Positions 31,378 to 41,403 of a stretch of DNA of 64,000 nucleotides are shown piece by piece. The translations under genes were made by a program, and so were the position numbers. Source of the stretch: an uncultured Chloroflexia bacterium (GTDB taxonomy: Bacteria > Chloroflexota > Anaerolineae > B4-G1 > SLSP01); NCBI GenBank assembly GCA_963751345.1, contig CAVVUS010000030.1:32001-96000 (forward strand), in the 5' to 3' direction. The notes beneath the pieces are model-generated. The model worked only from the letters and a program-made list of their open reading frames with translations, searched no databases and was not told the DNA's origin. The first letter of the stretch is position 1, and each line of letters opens with the position of its first letter.

Positions 31378-33681
31378 CAACTCTCACTTACGTGGGAAGA
31401 TCCTCCCTTCAGAACGTCGATGGCGCCGACAAGGTGACCGGACGTGCGCGTTACGTCGGCGATATGAGTGTGCCCGGTATGCTGGTCGGAAAGGTGCTGC
31501 GGAGCCCGCTGCCACACGCGCGCATTATCGAGCTTGATGTGACCCCGGCGCTCGCCGTCCCCGGCGTCAGGGCGGTTATCACCCACGCCGACTTCGTCGA
31601 CCACGGCAGCTTCGGCTGGCCCATCCAGGACGCTTACATCCTGGCCTATCGCAAGGTGCGCCATGTCGGTGAGCCTGTCGCGGCCGTGGCAGCGGTGAGT
31701 GAGGAAGCTGCCCTCGCGGGTATCGCGGCGATTCGGGTCTCCTATGAGCCCCTGCCGGTGGTGTCGGACACGGCCCAGGCGCTCGACGCCGGTGCCCCGC
31801 TCATCCCCGAGGTCTCGCCGACGGGACGGGGGAATCTCTGCAACACCCACCTCCTGCGCAACGGCGACCCGGACCCGCTGATCGCTGGCGCTCCGGTGGT
31901 CTTCGAGGTCGGCTACGATCTACCCCATCAGGAGCACGCCTACCTGGAGACCGAGGGTGCCCTCGCCATCCCGGAACTCGACGCCGGTGGCCCTCAGGCT
32001 TGGGGCGTCACCGATCTACGCTAACAGCCAGAGCCCGCACGTCAATCGGGACACCGCCGCCCAGGTGCTGGGACTGGACGTCGACCGGGTCCGCGTGATC
32101 CAGCCGCCCGTCGGAGGCTCTTTCGGCGGGAAGGACGACGTACTCTACCAGACCTCGGCACAGGCCGCCAAGCTGGCGCTGCTCTCAGGCCTTCCGGTGC
32201 GCATCGTCCTCACACGGCCCGAGTCGATGGCCGCCTCCTACAAGCGCCAGGCAATGCGCAGCCGGATCACGCTGGCGGCGGAGCACGATGGCACGCTGCG
32301 CGCCGCCAAAGCCCGGCTGACGATAGACAACGGTGCCTATGCCGCGGCCACGCCCCTGGCGTCGTGGCGTGCGACGATGCACGCCGCGGGCGCCTATCGT
32401 TACGAGGCCGTGCACGTGGACACGCAGGTGGTCTACACCAACAATGGCTATGCGGGCGCCTTTCGCGGTTTCGGCAACACGCAGGCAAGCGGCGCGGCGG
32501 AGCTGGCGATCGACGAGTTAGCAGAGCGACTGGGCCGCGACCCGCTTGAGTTCCGGCTGCAGAACTGTCTCAGACCGGGAGATCGCACGATGACAGGCGA
32601 CCGGTTGGGGGACTCCGTCGGCCTGGCAGCGTGTCTCGAATGGGTGCGAGATCGCTCCGATTGGGCACGCAAGCGAGCGCTGTATACTGCGCAGCCCGGC
32701 GACGCAGACAGTCGCCGCGGCATCGGCGTGGCCTGCTACTTCCACGGGAGCGGGCTCGGCGGCGAGGGCCTGGACTTTGCCACGGCGACGATCACCATCG
32801 AACACGATAACGGGATCACATTGACCTCCGGGCTGACCGACTTCGGGCAGGGGAGCCGCACCGTTTTTGCCCTGCTGGCGGCCGAGACGCTGGGCGTGGA
32901 GATGTCGCGCGTCCGCGTCCTGCGCCCGGACACCCAGACCGCGCTCGACTCGGGGCCCACGGTGGCCTCCCGTGCGTCAATCGTCGGTGGCAATGCCGTG
33001 CGCGTCACAGCCGAGAAGATCGTCCGTGTCCTGGCGCTGGCGGCTGCCGACCTGCTGGGCTGCACGCCGGAGCAGCTCATCCGCGACGGGGAACGGTATA
33101 TCGGCCCTTCAGAGGAGCCCGCATCCTTTGAGACCGTCGTCGGCCACGCACGCGAGATGGGGCTACAGCTCTCGGCGGAGGGGCGGTGGCAGATCCCCAC
33201 CATCGATTGGGACTTCAGCCACGGCACCGGCAAGCCCTATGCCATCTACGTCTTTGGCGCGCAAGTGGCCGAGGTAGAGGTCAACGGTCGCACAGGGCGA
33301 ACCCGCGTGCTCAAGATCTGGGCTGCCCACGATGCCGGGACCATCCTCTACCCTCAGGGGGCGCTCGGGCAGATGTACGGTGGCATCGCTCAGGGGTTGG
33401 GCTATGCGCTGACGGAGACCTTCCGTTTCGTGAACGGCGTCCCCCAGGCGTTGGATTATGACCGGTACCGGATCCCCCGCGCGATGGACGTCCCGGAGAT
33501 CGAGGCGACCTACATCGAGACGAGTGCCCTTAAGGGTACAAGCGGCTCCCAGGGTCCCTACGGTGCCAAGAACCTCGCGGAACCCGTGATGATCGCGACG
33601 GCCCCCGCCATCGCCAACGCCTTTGCCCAGGCTACCGGACAGCGGGTGCGCACGCTACCGCTTCCGAGGCTGCCATATTAG
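31374..33681 (+). CDS. Xanthine dehydrogenase/aldehyde oxidoreductase family molybdopterin-binding subunit (frameshift near 32010)
   Basis: 'KVTGRARY..D', 'HAYLETE', 'VGGSFGGK', 'AFRGFG..Q', 'GQGS.T', 'GAKNLAEP'. Confidence 0.92.
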
Positions 33682-34847
33682 GCTTGGGGATTTGGATTGC
33701 CGTCGCGCTCAGAGCTGTGCATCCATGGCCGCAGATATAGGGTCGCCTCGGGGCCGTGCGGCCCATTCGTCTGCGAACGCCCGTTCGTCTGCGAACGCCC
33801 GTTCGTCTGCGAACGCTCGATCGTGCGCGTGAACAGGCTGTGCATGCGTAGGTGTCCGGTGGTTGGGGCAGCGACCGCGTCGGCAGCTTGCCAGTCCGGC
33901 AAGAGCACGTCGGCTACGGCGCGAAAGGGAGCACTGTCCCAGCCCAGCGACTCGATCCAGACTGCCACCCTATGGGCCGTCTCCTGAGGCGTGAGCATCG
34001 GCGGGGGAAAAGCCGCGGTAACGGTCAGTTCGCGCACGAGCGCCGCTGGCGGGATCCAGGCGCAGCGCGATGCCGGATCTGCTCTTGGCAGCCAGCGATT
34101 CGCGCAGGATGCCGGGAATCTCAGGGACCACTGCTTCGGGATCGGCGGGGAGACCCAGGGCGGCGAGCAGCTCGCCCACAAAGGCGCGGCGCCAGCCGTG
34201 GAGTTCATAGTAGAGCTTACAGGCTATCCGACCGTCCTTCCCCAGGCCGAAGCCTAACTCCTGTGGGAAGCCAACCGCGTCCAGCCGATCGAGAGCGGCC
34301 CGCGACCAGCGGCCCCAGGCTGGAGCGGGATACCCGCGGCTGCCAACGCCGCTTCGAGACGAGCGCGCCCACCCCCACCCAGCTCGGTATCCATCAAATT
34401 CAGGTATATCTTGAGTATGGGCTGCATCGGGGCCTGATCGGTTCCAGGGGCAACGTCCAGCCCGCCCCACACCCAGAAGCGGGTCGTCTCCGGCACGGGC
34501 AGATCGGGGGAAACCAACTGGCTTATCCCGGGCATGATCCGGTCATAGGCCTGGGCGTAGCCCAGTTCCTGCGCCAGCTCGGCCAGGCTCTCCAGAGCCG
34601 AGAGTGCCCGAGGGTAGGGCGGCAGATACGGGTCGCCCACCTCAGCGGCACAGCGCAGCGCCGGGCTGGCGGAAGGACCAACATTGACCGAGAACTCCAA
34701 CGGTAGCCCACCTGCCAGTGTCGAGAGCTGTGCGGAGGGAAAGGGGCACGGCGCAGCCAGGCTGCGTGCTGTCAGACGGTCGACCAGGTGCTGCGCCTCA
34801 TGAGCGGCCGGGGGCGAAATCCGACTGCCAGACGCCACACCTTGCAC
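33678..34847 (-). CDS. ABBA/DMATS-like aromatic prenyltransferase homologue (frameshifted; true start uncertain)
   Basis: Reconstructed from ORFs 34254-34847, 33970-34470, 33678-34208: 'G.PLEFSV', 'LR..AE', 'LKIYLN', 'KLYY', 'HSLF', 'TLYLRP' match strand motifs I recall from tryptophan-DMATS-type barrels. Confidence 0.5.
33761..33814 (+). repeat. 18-bp tandem repeat x3 with hairpin units
   Basis: GCCC(A/G)TTCGTCTGCGAAC x3; CGTTCG-TCTG-CGAACG stem-loop; encodes RSQTNG on minus strand. Confidence 0.9.
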
Positions 34848-34925
34848 CAGATTCGCGCCAGGCCAGAGGACACAAATGCTGCGGTATGCCCCCCGGCGTG
34901 AACCTCCATAAGTGTCTGGACGAAT

Positions 34926-35966
34926 CTACCGGGTCTGTAGAGCAGACGGCGAGATCGGTCGCCAGAGGCTTTCGTCCCGCGCAGGATGCCGATTGGGGGA
35001 CAGCAACGCTCCCTCAACCATCCCGGCGTGCAGAGCCAATGCGCGGAGGGCGCTGGACGTCGCAAACAGCCGCCTGGCGTCTGTGGCCTGCAGGTCGTCG
35101 AGCCCGCGCGCCCCCGGATGAGAAGGGGGAACCCGCAGCACCGGTGCAGAGGGCCAGCCGCCGTCGCTATCCTGGCGAGAGAGCAGGCGGCGCGCCAGGC
35201 GGTGGACAGCCTGCTCATCGCCCAGCAAGGCATAGGCGTGCAGGGCCCAGGCCTCGTCAAATGCGGTCAGCGGCATCCGGCGCAGCCGCACCGGGCGAGC
35301 CAGTAAGGGGGAACCGGACTGCGCCCGAGCTTCCAGCGCCATTCCGGTAGCGTAAGCAGGAGAGGTCCACCAATATCCATCCCAGCCACCATCCAGCCTC
35401 TGGGCCGGGACCAGCAGATGGGCCCACTCTGCCGCCAGCTCAGCACGGGAGAGGCGCCCCAGATCGAACAACGCCCTGAGCGCGGCAGCGGTTACGCCGG
35501 CGTGTGGCTGCGCCCACGGGTTCTCCGGGTCGGAGAAGGTGTAGGTGCGGAAGCCGCCGGGTGCAGCATCCACATCGCTCCAGGTGCGGCAGCTCAACAA
35601 GAATGCAATCGCCTCGGCCGGTGCAGGCAGCCCCAGCCGAGCCAGCAGGGAAAGACTGTGGGCGGTCGAGTCGGCATCCGGCGCCACCTGGCTGTTATAT
35701 CCCCAGCCGCCGTGTGGACGCGGCTGGGCCAGCAGCCAAGCTGCAGCGCGCTGTGCTGCAGACAATGCCTCTTGCCGGACCTGCGGATCGAGCACAGGGC
35801 TTCCCGAGGCGGCATGCATCCCCAGGCCAACGAAGGCGGTCGCCCAGGCATCCGAAGTGCCCACCGGAAGCCAGAAGTCAGTCCAGGCGCCAGAGGACGC
35901 CTGCAAGCGCAGCAGATAAGCAATGGCCGCCGTCAGACGGCGGCCAAGTTCCCGATCAGCTCCCAT
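34926..35966 (-). CDS. Prenyltransferase/squalene-oxidase (QW) repeat protein, class II terpene-cyclase-like alpha/alpha barrel
   Basis: QW repeats 'LQASSGAW', 'QPRPHGGWG', 'AQRLDGGW', 'RQDSDGGW'; 'PDADSTA' at the DxDDTA position; 'YWW...YAT'. Confidence 0.8.
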   Translation of the reverse strand: MGADRELGRRLTAAIAYLLRLQASSGAWTDFWLPVGTSDAWATAFVGLGMHAASGSPVLDPQVRQEALSAAQRAAAWLLAQPRPHGGWGYNSQVAPDADSTAHSLSLLARLGLPAPAEAIAFLLSCRTWSDVDAAPGGFRTYTFSDPENPWAQPHAGVTAAALRALFDLGRLSRAELAAEWAHLLVPAQRLDGGWDGYWWTSPAYATGMALEARAQSGSPLLARPVRLRRMPLTAFDEAWALHAYALLGDEQAVHRLARRLLSRQDSDGGWPSAPVLRVPPSHPGARGLDDLQATDARRLFATSSALRALALHAGMVEGALLSPNRHPARDESLWRPISPSALQTR

Positions 35967-35983
35967 AGATGCCCCGATCAGAT

Positions 35984-38255
35984 CTAGTCAGACTCCGGGG
36001 GATTAGGGAAGACGAATACGTTGGTCCCCTCGCCGTCTTTCTCGTCACTCCACTGGCCTTCGTGATCGAAGTACACGTTCTGGACCTGATACTTGAAGGT
36101 TGCCAGGGCGCCGGCCTGCTCCCCCAGGATTTCCTTCAGATTGCGCTGCAAGGTCACCTGAGCGGATGCTGCTATCCTTGCCCAACACCACTTGCTCGGC
36201 GGCAAAGCCCGCGCGCAGGAGCTTCACCTTCAGGCGAAACAGGTTGGCGAATTTGTCGGGTAGAGTAGCCTGCTCAAAGACTGGGCACTCAACGGTTACC
36301 TTCTGGGCCAGGCTGGTGTTGGGGAAGATCTCGTGAACGCGGTCGAGCACCCGGCTTGGAGTTTCGGTGAGGTTCTGCCCTGCCAGTTCGGCCTGAATGG
36401 CATTCCACACCTGGGAGGCGTCTTCGCTGCCCGAGGAGCTGGCGGATTTCGGTTCCAGATCAACCGTCAAGGTGCCTTGGGCCGCCAATGTGGCGGGGAA
36501 GTCCGGTGCGACAGCTTCGGCTTCGTACACCTCCAGTGGCGTGACCGAGTTTGTATCGTACTGGAGTAGGCGCGGCAGACAGCCGCCCAGGCTGACCTCC
36601 AGTGGGGCCAGGTTAGTGATCTCTACCTGCCGGGGCGAGAGTGAGTCGGGAGGCAGATGCACTTCCAGCGGTAATCCGGCAAGGTCGTCAAACGTCAGGC
36701 GTACGGGCACGCGCCGCTCCAACACCTGTTCCGTCCCGCCTTCGCTAGCAGGTGGGCGGGTTTCCAGGCGCACCTTCACCTCTCCGGTCAGGCCGGGAGA
36801 GTTCTCACGCGTCAGCAACTCCGCCAGGAATCGGTAGAATTCCAGGCTCAGATCGAGCGTGACCTGGAAGCCGTTCTCCAGGCTGATCGCCACCTCTTCC
36901 CCATCCAAGGCCTGAATCTGCTCGGGGAAAGCACTGGTCAAGCGCAGGCTTGCGCTTTCATAGCCACCCGTCACCACGCTAGGAGATGCCAGGGCGCCGC
37001 CGGTCGACACCCGCAGGAAGTCGCGCAGCCGCACCAGTTGGACCGGATCGTGCCAGGGCATCGCGCCCAGGGTCACGCGGACGCGCACTTCGTCCTGGTC
37101 GCTGCGGTACAGGAACGGGATCAGATAGGGGGTCCCCATCTCGACGTGGAATGCCAGCCGTATCTCGTCCGGCAGGCGATAGACCGTGTTCGGGAAGTCC
37201 GCCGTGCGCACCAATCCGAAACCCGAATCTGTCCAATGCTCGGTGATGCCGGAGGTGCCCAGGAGCGCGGCGTAGATCGGCCGGTTGGCCTGCAAGTCAG
37301 AATCGAAGGTGAACGGCAGCCGGCGGTCAAGGCTGGCGGTATGGAAGTTGGGTTGGGTTCGGCGTTTGCGTTCCGCGTCGACGACCATCTTGAGCCGGTC
37401 GGCCATCAGCAAGGTGGCGAATCTGTTCCTGGGCACAGCAGCCCCGCCGGCGCCGGCGAACGTCGCGATGAGGTGCGGTGAAAGGGTGTGAGATGCTGCT
37501 GCCGGGTGGCCGGAGGACGGCTGTGCCCCGGCGGTGTGCAATAGAGTAGCCGCAAGATGGGCCTCGTGAGCGGCGATAACAGGGCCATGGTGTATGACCG
37601 GGCCGACGACACCTCCCGAACCCGTGTGGCCACCGCCCGACTGCGGATCGTCGGTCCAGTAACCGAACGACAGGACCACCTGCAGGGACGCGGCGGAGTC
37701 TGCCCGGCTGAGGGCCTGGAAAAGCGGCTCGACCTCGCCCGAATCCAACTCACTCCCCACACGAATGACGAAGTTGGACTGCGTGCTGTCCTCCGGGTTG
37801 TCCGTGCCCATAAGGGTAGGCTGATCAAAGACGCGCTGGTGGTCTTGGCCCTGTGCGTCGCGCCAATGCAGGGTGACGGAGTCGACCCGCACGTTGAACG
37901 GTTCGGCATCCGCCGGTAGCCCTGGAAGAGGGGACTCTTCCAGGCTGAACTGCAGGCGCACGTTTCCATCCGCGTCCTTGAGGAAGCGCACGTCGGGGCC
38001 GGGGAGGTCGCCGGGGCGCCGGCTAATACTCAGTAACGGGCGGTAGTAAAGATGGCCATCCTTCGCAGTGTAGGCGCGCCCATCTTGGAGTGGCTGCTGA
38101 GATGGATCGAAGTGCGGAGCGTTCTCATCTCCGGCGATCCCCGCAATGTAACGCATCTTGGCAAAGGGCATGCCCACCGCCAGCCTGGGTTCCACGGCAG
38201 TGGTCGTGACTGCGGCGGGCAGTGCATTGATCTTCAGAGTGTTCTTTTCAGGCAT
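35984..38255 (-). CDS. Hypothetical ~756-aa protein, probable divergent member of the paralogue family (frameshift near 36165)
   Basis: GGAG RBS, ATG 38255; joins ORF 36045-38288 to 35984-36205; internal 'PNTVYRLPDEIRLA...GTP...FLY' echoes family motif; C-terminal 'FKYQVQNVY' beta repeat. Confidence 0.7.
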
Positions 38256-38309
38256 ATCTATCGTCTCCAGTTCCGGGTGGCGTTCCAAGTCCCCCGGTAT
38301 CCGAGCCGC

Positions 38310-40577
38310 CTACTGCACCACCAGCACCGGTTCCTCAGTCGGCTGCCAATCCTCTTCGCGGTTATCAGCAGGGTCTTGTGCGATTAGCCGCAAGCGGTAC
38401 TGATAACCTTTCTTGGATGCGTCACGCAACAGCACCTTCCAGGACTGATCGGCTGAGTTCACCTCGTTGAAGGTGAAGTTCTTGGTCTGGTGAACGTCGT
38501 TGGCGTCATCGTCGTACTTGAGCATCACGATGGCGATCTTGTACTTGCTCCAATCCACCAGGCTGGCGATAACCGTGACCTCCAGGGCGTCCACCGCTCC
38601 CACGCCAACCGGGATGGTCTCGTCCAACTTACCTTTCTGGGCGGGCTTCTCCTGCCGCGAGCCGTTCGTGAAGACGATGATCACGTCATACTCGAAATCG
38701 AGGCTGTTCGGATCGCGAAGGCCTAGGGTCCAGGCGCTGGTATCGCCGTTCTTGATCAGTTCCGCGTGGAACGTCCCGGTGAGGTCATTCGCGGCGTCCG
38801 TATAGCGCGCATCCACGATAATCTTGTCGACCACGGCGAAATCGGCTTGGGCCAGAAAGCGGGTCGTGGTAGTGCGCTCGAACGGGTCAGGGATGGTCAG
38901 GATCTCAGCCTGGCTGCTCTGTTCGGGCGTATCCATCTTCTGTCCATCTGCCAGTACGTACGTAAGCTGATAGCGGTAGGGATCCGGCTCGCCGGTTTTC
39001 CCGGTGTAGATGAAGTACGTAGCGGTCGGCTTCTCACGCGTCAATTCGAACTGCTGTTGGGCACCGGGCGTCGTGATGCCGGGATAGCGGATATTAGCAT
39101 TGACTGACGTCACATTGTCTGGTAGGGCGCCCAGGGTCAGGTTGACCTTGACAAACCCCAGGCGCCGATAAGAGATCACCAATTGACGCTCGCTCGACTC
39201 CAACGCCCCACTGGAGGGAATGCGAATGCTCTGACCGGTATCCTTGTAGGTTAGCTCGCTCCAGTAGTGATAGCTGTCCTTGGGAGCGCCGTCACTGCCT
39301 TTCGCCATGATCACCCGCCAGCGCCCAATCTGGTCAGACTGTCTGAAGAGGAAATCCTTGGCACGCTTGATGTGCTCGTTGCGGATCTCATCCTGTTGGT
39401 CGTAATCCAATGAAACCTTGAGGGCGAAGACCGGGTCGTCGGTGAAGTTGACGTTGGGGTAGACGGTGACGTCCAGCTCCTGGAAGAAGGTCTGGCTGAG
39501 ATCCACATAGACGGTGTTAGCCTTGATTTCCTCTGGCGTAAGCGCCTGGAACAGCAAAGCGTTGGGGTTGCAGACCTTTTTCACCAGCTGTGAACGCGTG
39601 ATGGTCATATCGATGTGCCCGGTGAGCGACTCGTGCACCGGGATCATGGCATGGGGATCCTTGATCTCCTTGGCAACGTCCTCGAAGGCCTTTTCGAAGA
39701 ACGCCGGCAGGATGTTGGTCTGCACGATCTGGAAGGCCATATCCTGAAGTTTGTCGTTCATCTCGCTGCGTTCATCGCCGGGCAGGGAGGTGTCGTCGAC
39801 ATCGATCGTCAGGTTGTGAAACTCATTGCGGAAGCGGCTGATGCTCGACAGTTCATTCCATTCCACCGTCCAACTACGTTCGGTCCAGGTAATGCCCAGG
39901 AACGTATCACGCTCGACGTGTGTCCAGCGGTGGCGAACATAGTTCTTGACCTCATCGTAGAACGCGCCGCGATCGCCGTGAATACGAATGGTAATCGCCG
40001 GGATCTTGGCGGCGAACGACAGGTTGTACCATACACCGGAGGGGTTCTTGCCCTTTTCCACCGACTGGCGGAACAGCTCGGCACCGTCCTGGTTCAGGTT
40101 GGCCGTAAAGCTGGCGACATTGGTACCGATGAGCGACGGCACACTCGAACCGGCAGACTGGATGACCATATCGTCGGGCACCACCCGGAACTCCACTTTG
40201 CCGTCCAACCAGAGCGGCGGATACCCCAGCTCCGGCTCTGTGTTAGTGACCCGGTTGCGCAGGAAGAAAAAGCCGCGATTGCGCTCTTCCGCCAGCTTCT
40301 GGCGCAGGAAGTCACGGATCTTATCCTCGGCATCCTTGGTGACCGCTGCCTGGGTCGTCATCGCCACATAGCCGCGCTCGACCTCAAGCTGGTCGGGCGG
40401 CAGGGTGTCGGCATTGCGGGCGTAGAGAATGAACAGGAAGATCGGCTGGTTCTCATCGTCGCGGGCCACCGTGGCGCGCTCTGAAACCATGTAGAAGCGG
40501 TGAGGTACGTCATCATCGCGGTAGATCTTGACGTTCGGAACCGTCGGGACGTCAAACGAATCATAGAGAGTGAGCAT
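38310..40577 (-). CDS. Paralogue 6 of unnamed family (755 aa; N-domain + 4 beta-sandwich-like repeats)
   Basis: Intact ORF, AAGGAGAG RBS; 'IYRDDDVPHRFY', 'PSLIGTNVASF'. Confidence 0.9.
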   Translation of the reverse strand: MLTLYDSFDVPTVPNVKIYRDDDVPHRFYMVSERATVARDDENQPIFLFILYARNADTLPPDQLEVERGYVAMTTQAAVTKDAEDKIRDFLRQKLAEERNRGFFFLRNRVTNTEPELGYPPLWLDGKVEFRVVPDDMVIQSAGSSVPSLIGTNVASFTANLNQDGAELFRQSVEKGKNPSGVWYNLSFAAKIPAITIRIHGDRGAFYDEVKNYVRHRWTHVERDTFLGITWTERSWTVEWNELSSISRFRNEFHNLTIDVDDTSLPGDERSEMNDKLQDMAFQIVQTNILPAFFEKAFEDVAKEIKDPHAMIPVHESLTGHIDMTITRSQLVKKVCNPNALLFQALTPEEIKANTVYVDLSQTFFQELDVTVYPNVNFTDDPVFALKVSLDYDQQDEIRNEHIKRAKDFLFRQSDQIGRWRVIMAKGSDGAPKDSYHYWSELTYKDTGQSIRIPSSGALESSERQLVISYRRLGFVKVNLTLGALPDNVTSVNANIRYPGITTPGAQQQFELTREKPTATYFIYTGKTGEPDPYRYQLTYVLADGQKMDTPEQSSQAEILTIPDPFERTTTTRFLAQADFAVVDKIIVDARYTDAANDLTGTFHAELIKNGDTSAWTLGLRDPNSLDFEYDVIIVFTNGSRQEKPAQKGKLDETIPVGVGAVDALEVTVIASLVDWSKYKIAIVMLKYDDDANDVHQTKNFTFNEVNSADQSWKVLLRDASKKGYQYRLRLIAQDPADNREEDWQPTEEPVLVVQ

Positions 40578-40648
40578 TGACTATCTCTCCTTATCGGCGA
40601 ACTCTTCGACTACGCTAACTGCGATCGCATCGTTTGCCTGCCCATCCC

Positions 40649-41363
40649 TCACAGTACGATCTCCTCGACCCCGGAACGCAGTTCGCCTGCTGTAAGGCCT
40701 AACGGGCCTTGCGCCTCAACGGGAAAAGGGATCGCTTGGGTGAAGGAAGCATCATAGGTACTTTGAACACTGTAAATGCTGCTGCTGCCGGCGGCGCTAT
40801 CATCGTCGAAGACCTCGGTCGTGCCCGTATACCGCTCTTGGCGGGCGGCCTCGGTCTGCAGGTCGTAGCGGATGGTTGCATCGGGCAGCCCCTCTTTCCA
40901 CAGGTGCTGAAGCTGCCGAGCCTGCTCGGCGTCCAGAGACAAACTCAGGGCCGCTTCATTGCGCGCCCAACAAGGAGGGCTCACCACGCAATTCCAGGTC
41001 GGCGCCGAGGCGAACGATCACCGCGCCGCTCGTCCATGCCGGAGCAACCAGGTCGATCGTTACCGGCGCGCCAGGCGATAGCTTCTCTTCCTGGCGCCGG
41101 AGGGCCTGCAGGCGCCGGCGCAGCAGGTCGGCCTCATCGGCACTCAGCGCGAAGCTGGTCGCCAGATTCAAGTAACCGCCGGAAAGCTGAAAACCACCGG
41201 CGGTCTTTCTGCCATACAGCAGCAGAGAGATGATAGGACCACCGTCAGGATCGCGTGCCAAGCGCGGGGCAGACGGGTAGGCGTAGAAACGCTGCGGCTG
41301 CCGGTCATCCCGGTAGACCGTCACGTCCGGTAGAACGGAAACTGGCTGAGCAGGATCGAGCAT
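40649..41363 (-). CDS. Paralogue 5, short form (~237 aa; N-domain only; frameshift near 40960)
   Basis: 'VYRDDRQPQRFYAYP..PRLA', 'GGYLNL', 'PSLLG.NEAALSLSL' across ORFs 40956-41363 and 40649-40987. Confidence 0.8.
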
Positions 41364-41403
41364 CAGGCCTCCGTTACGTCAACACCAGAATTCGGTTCGC
41401 AAC

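Noticed and set aside
34926-34928. In-frame TAG as pyrrolysine read-through
   Set aside because: No pyl genes in the window, TAG is used as a normal stop in many genes here, and sequence error or two separate genes is simpler.
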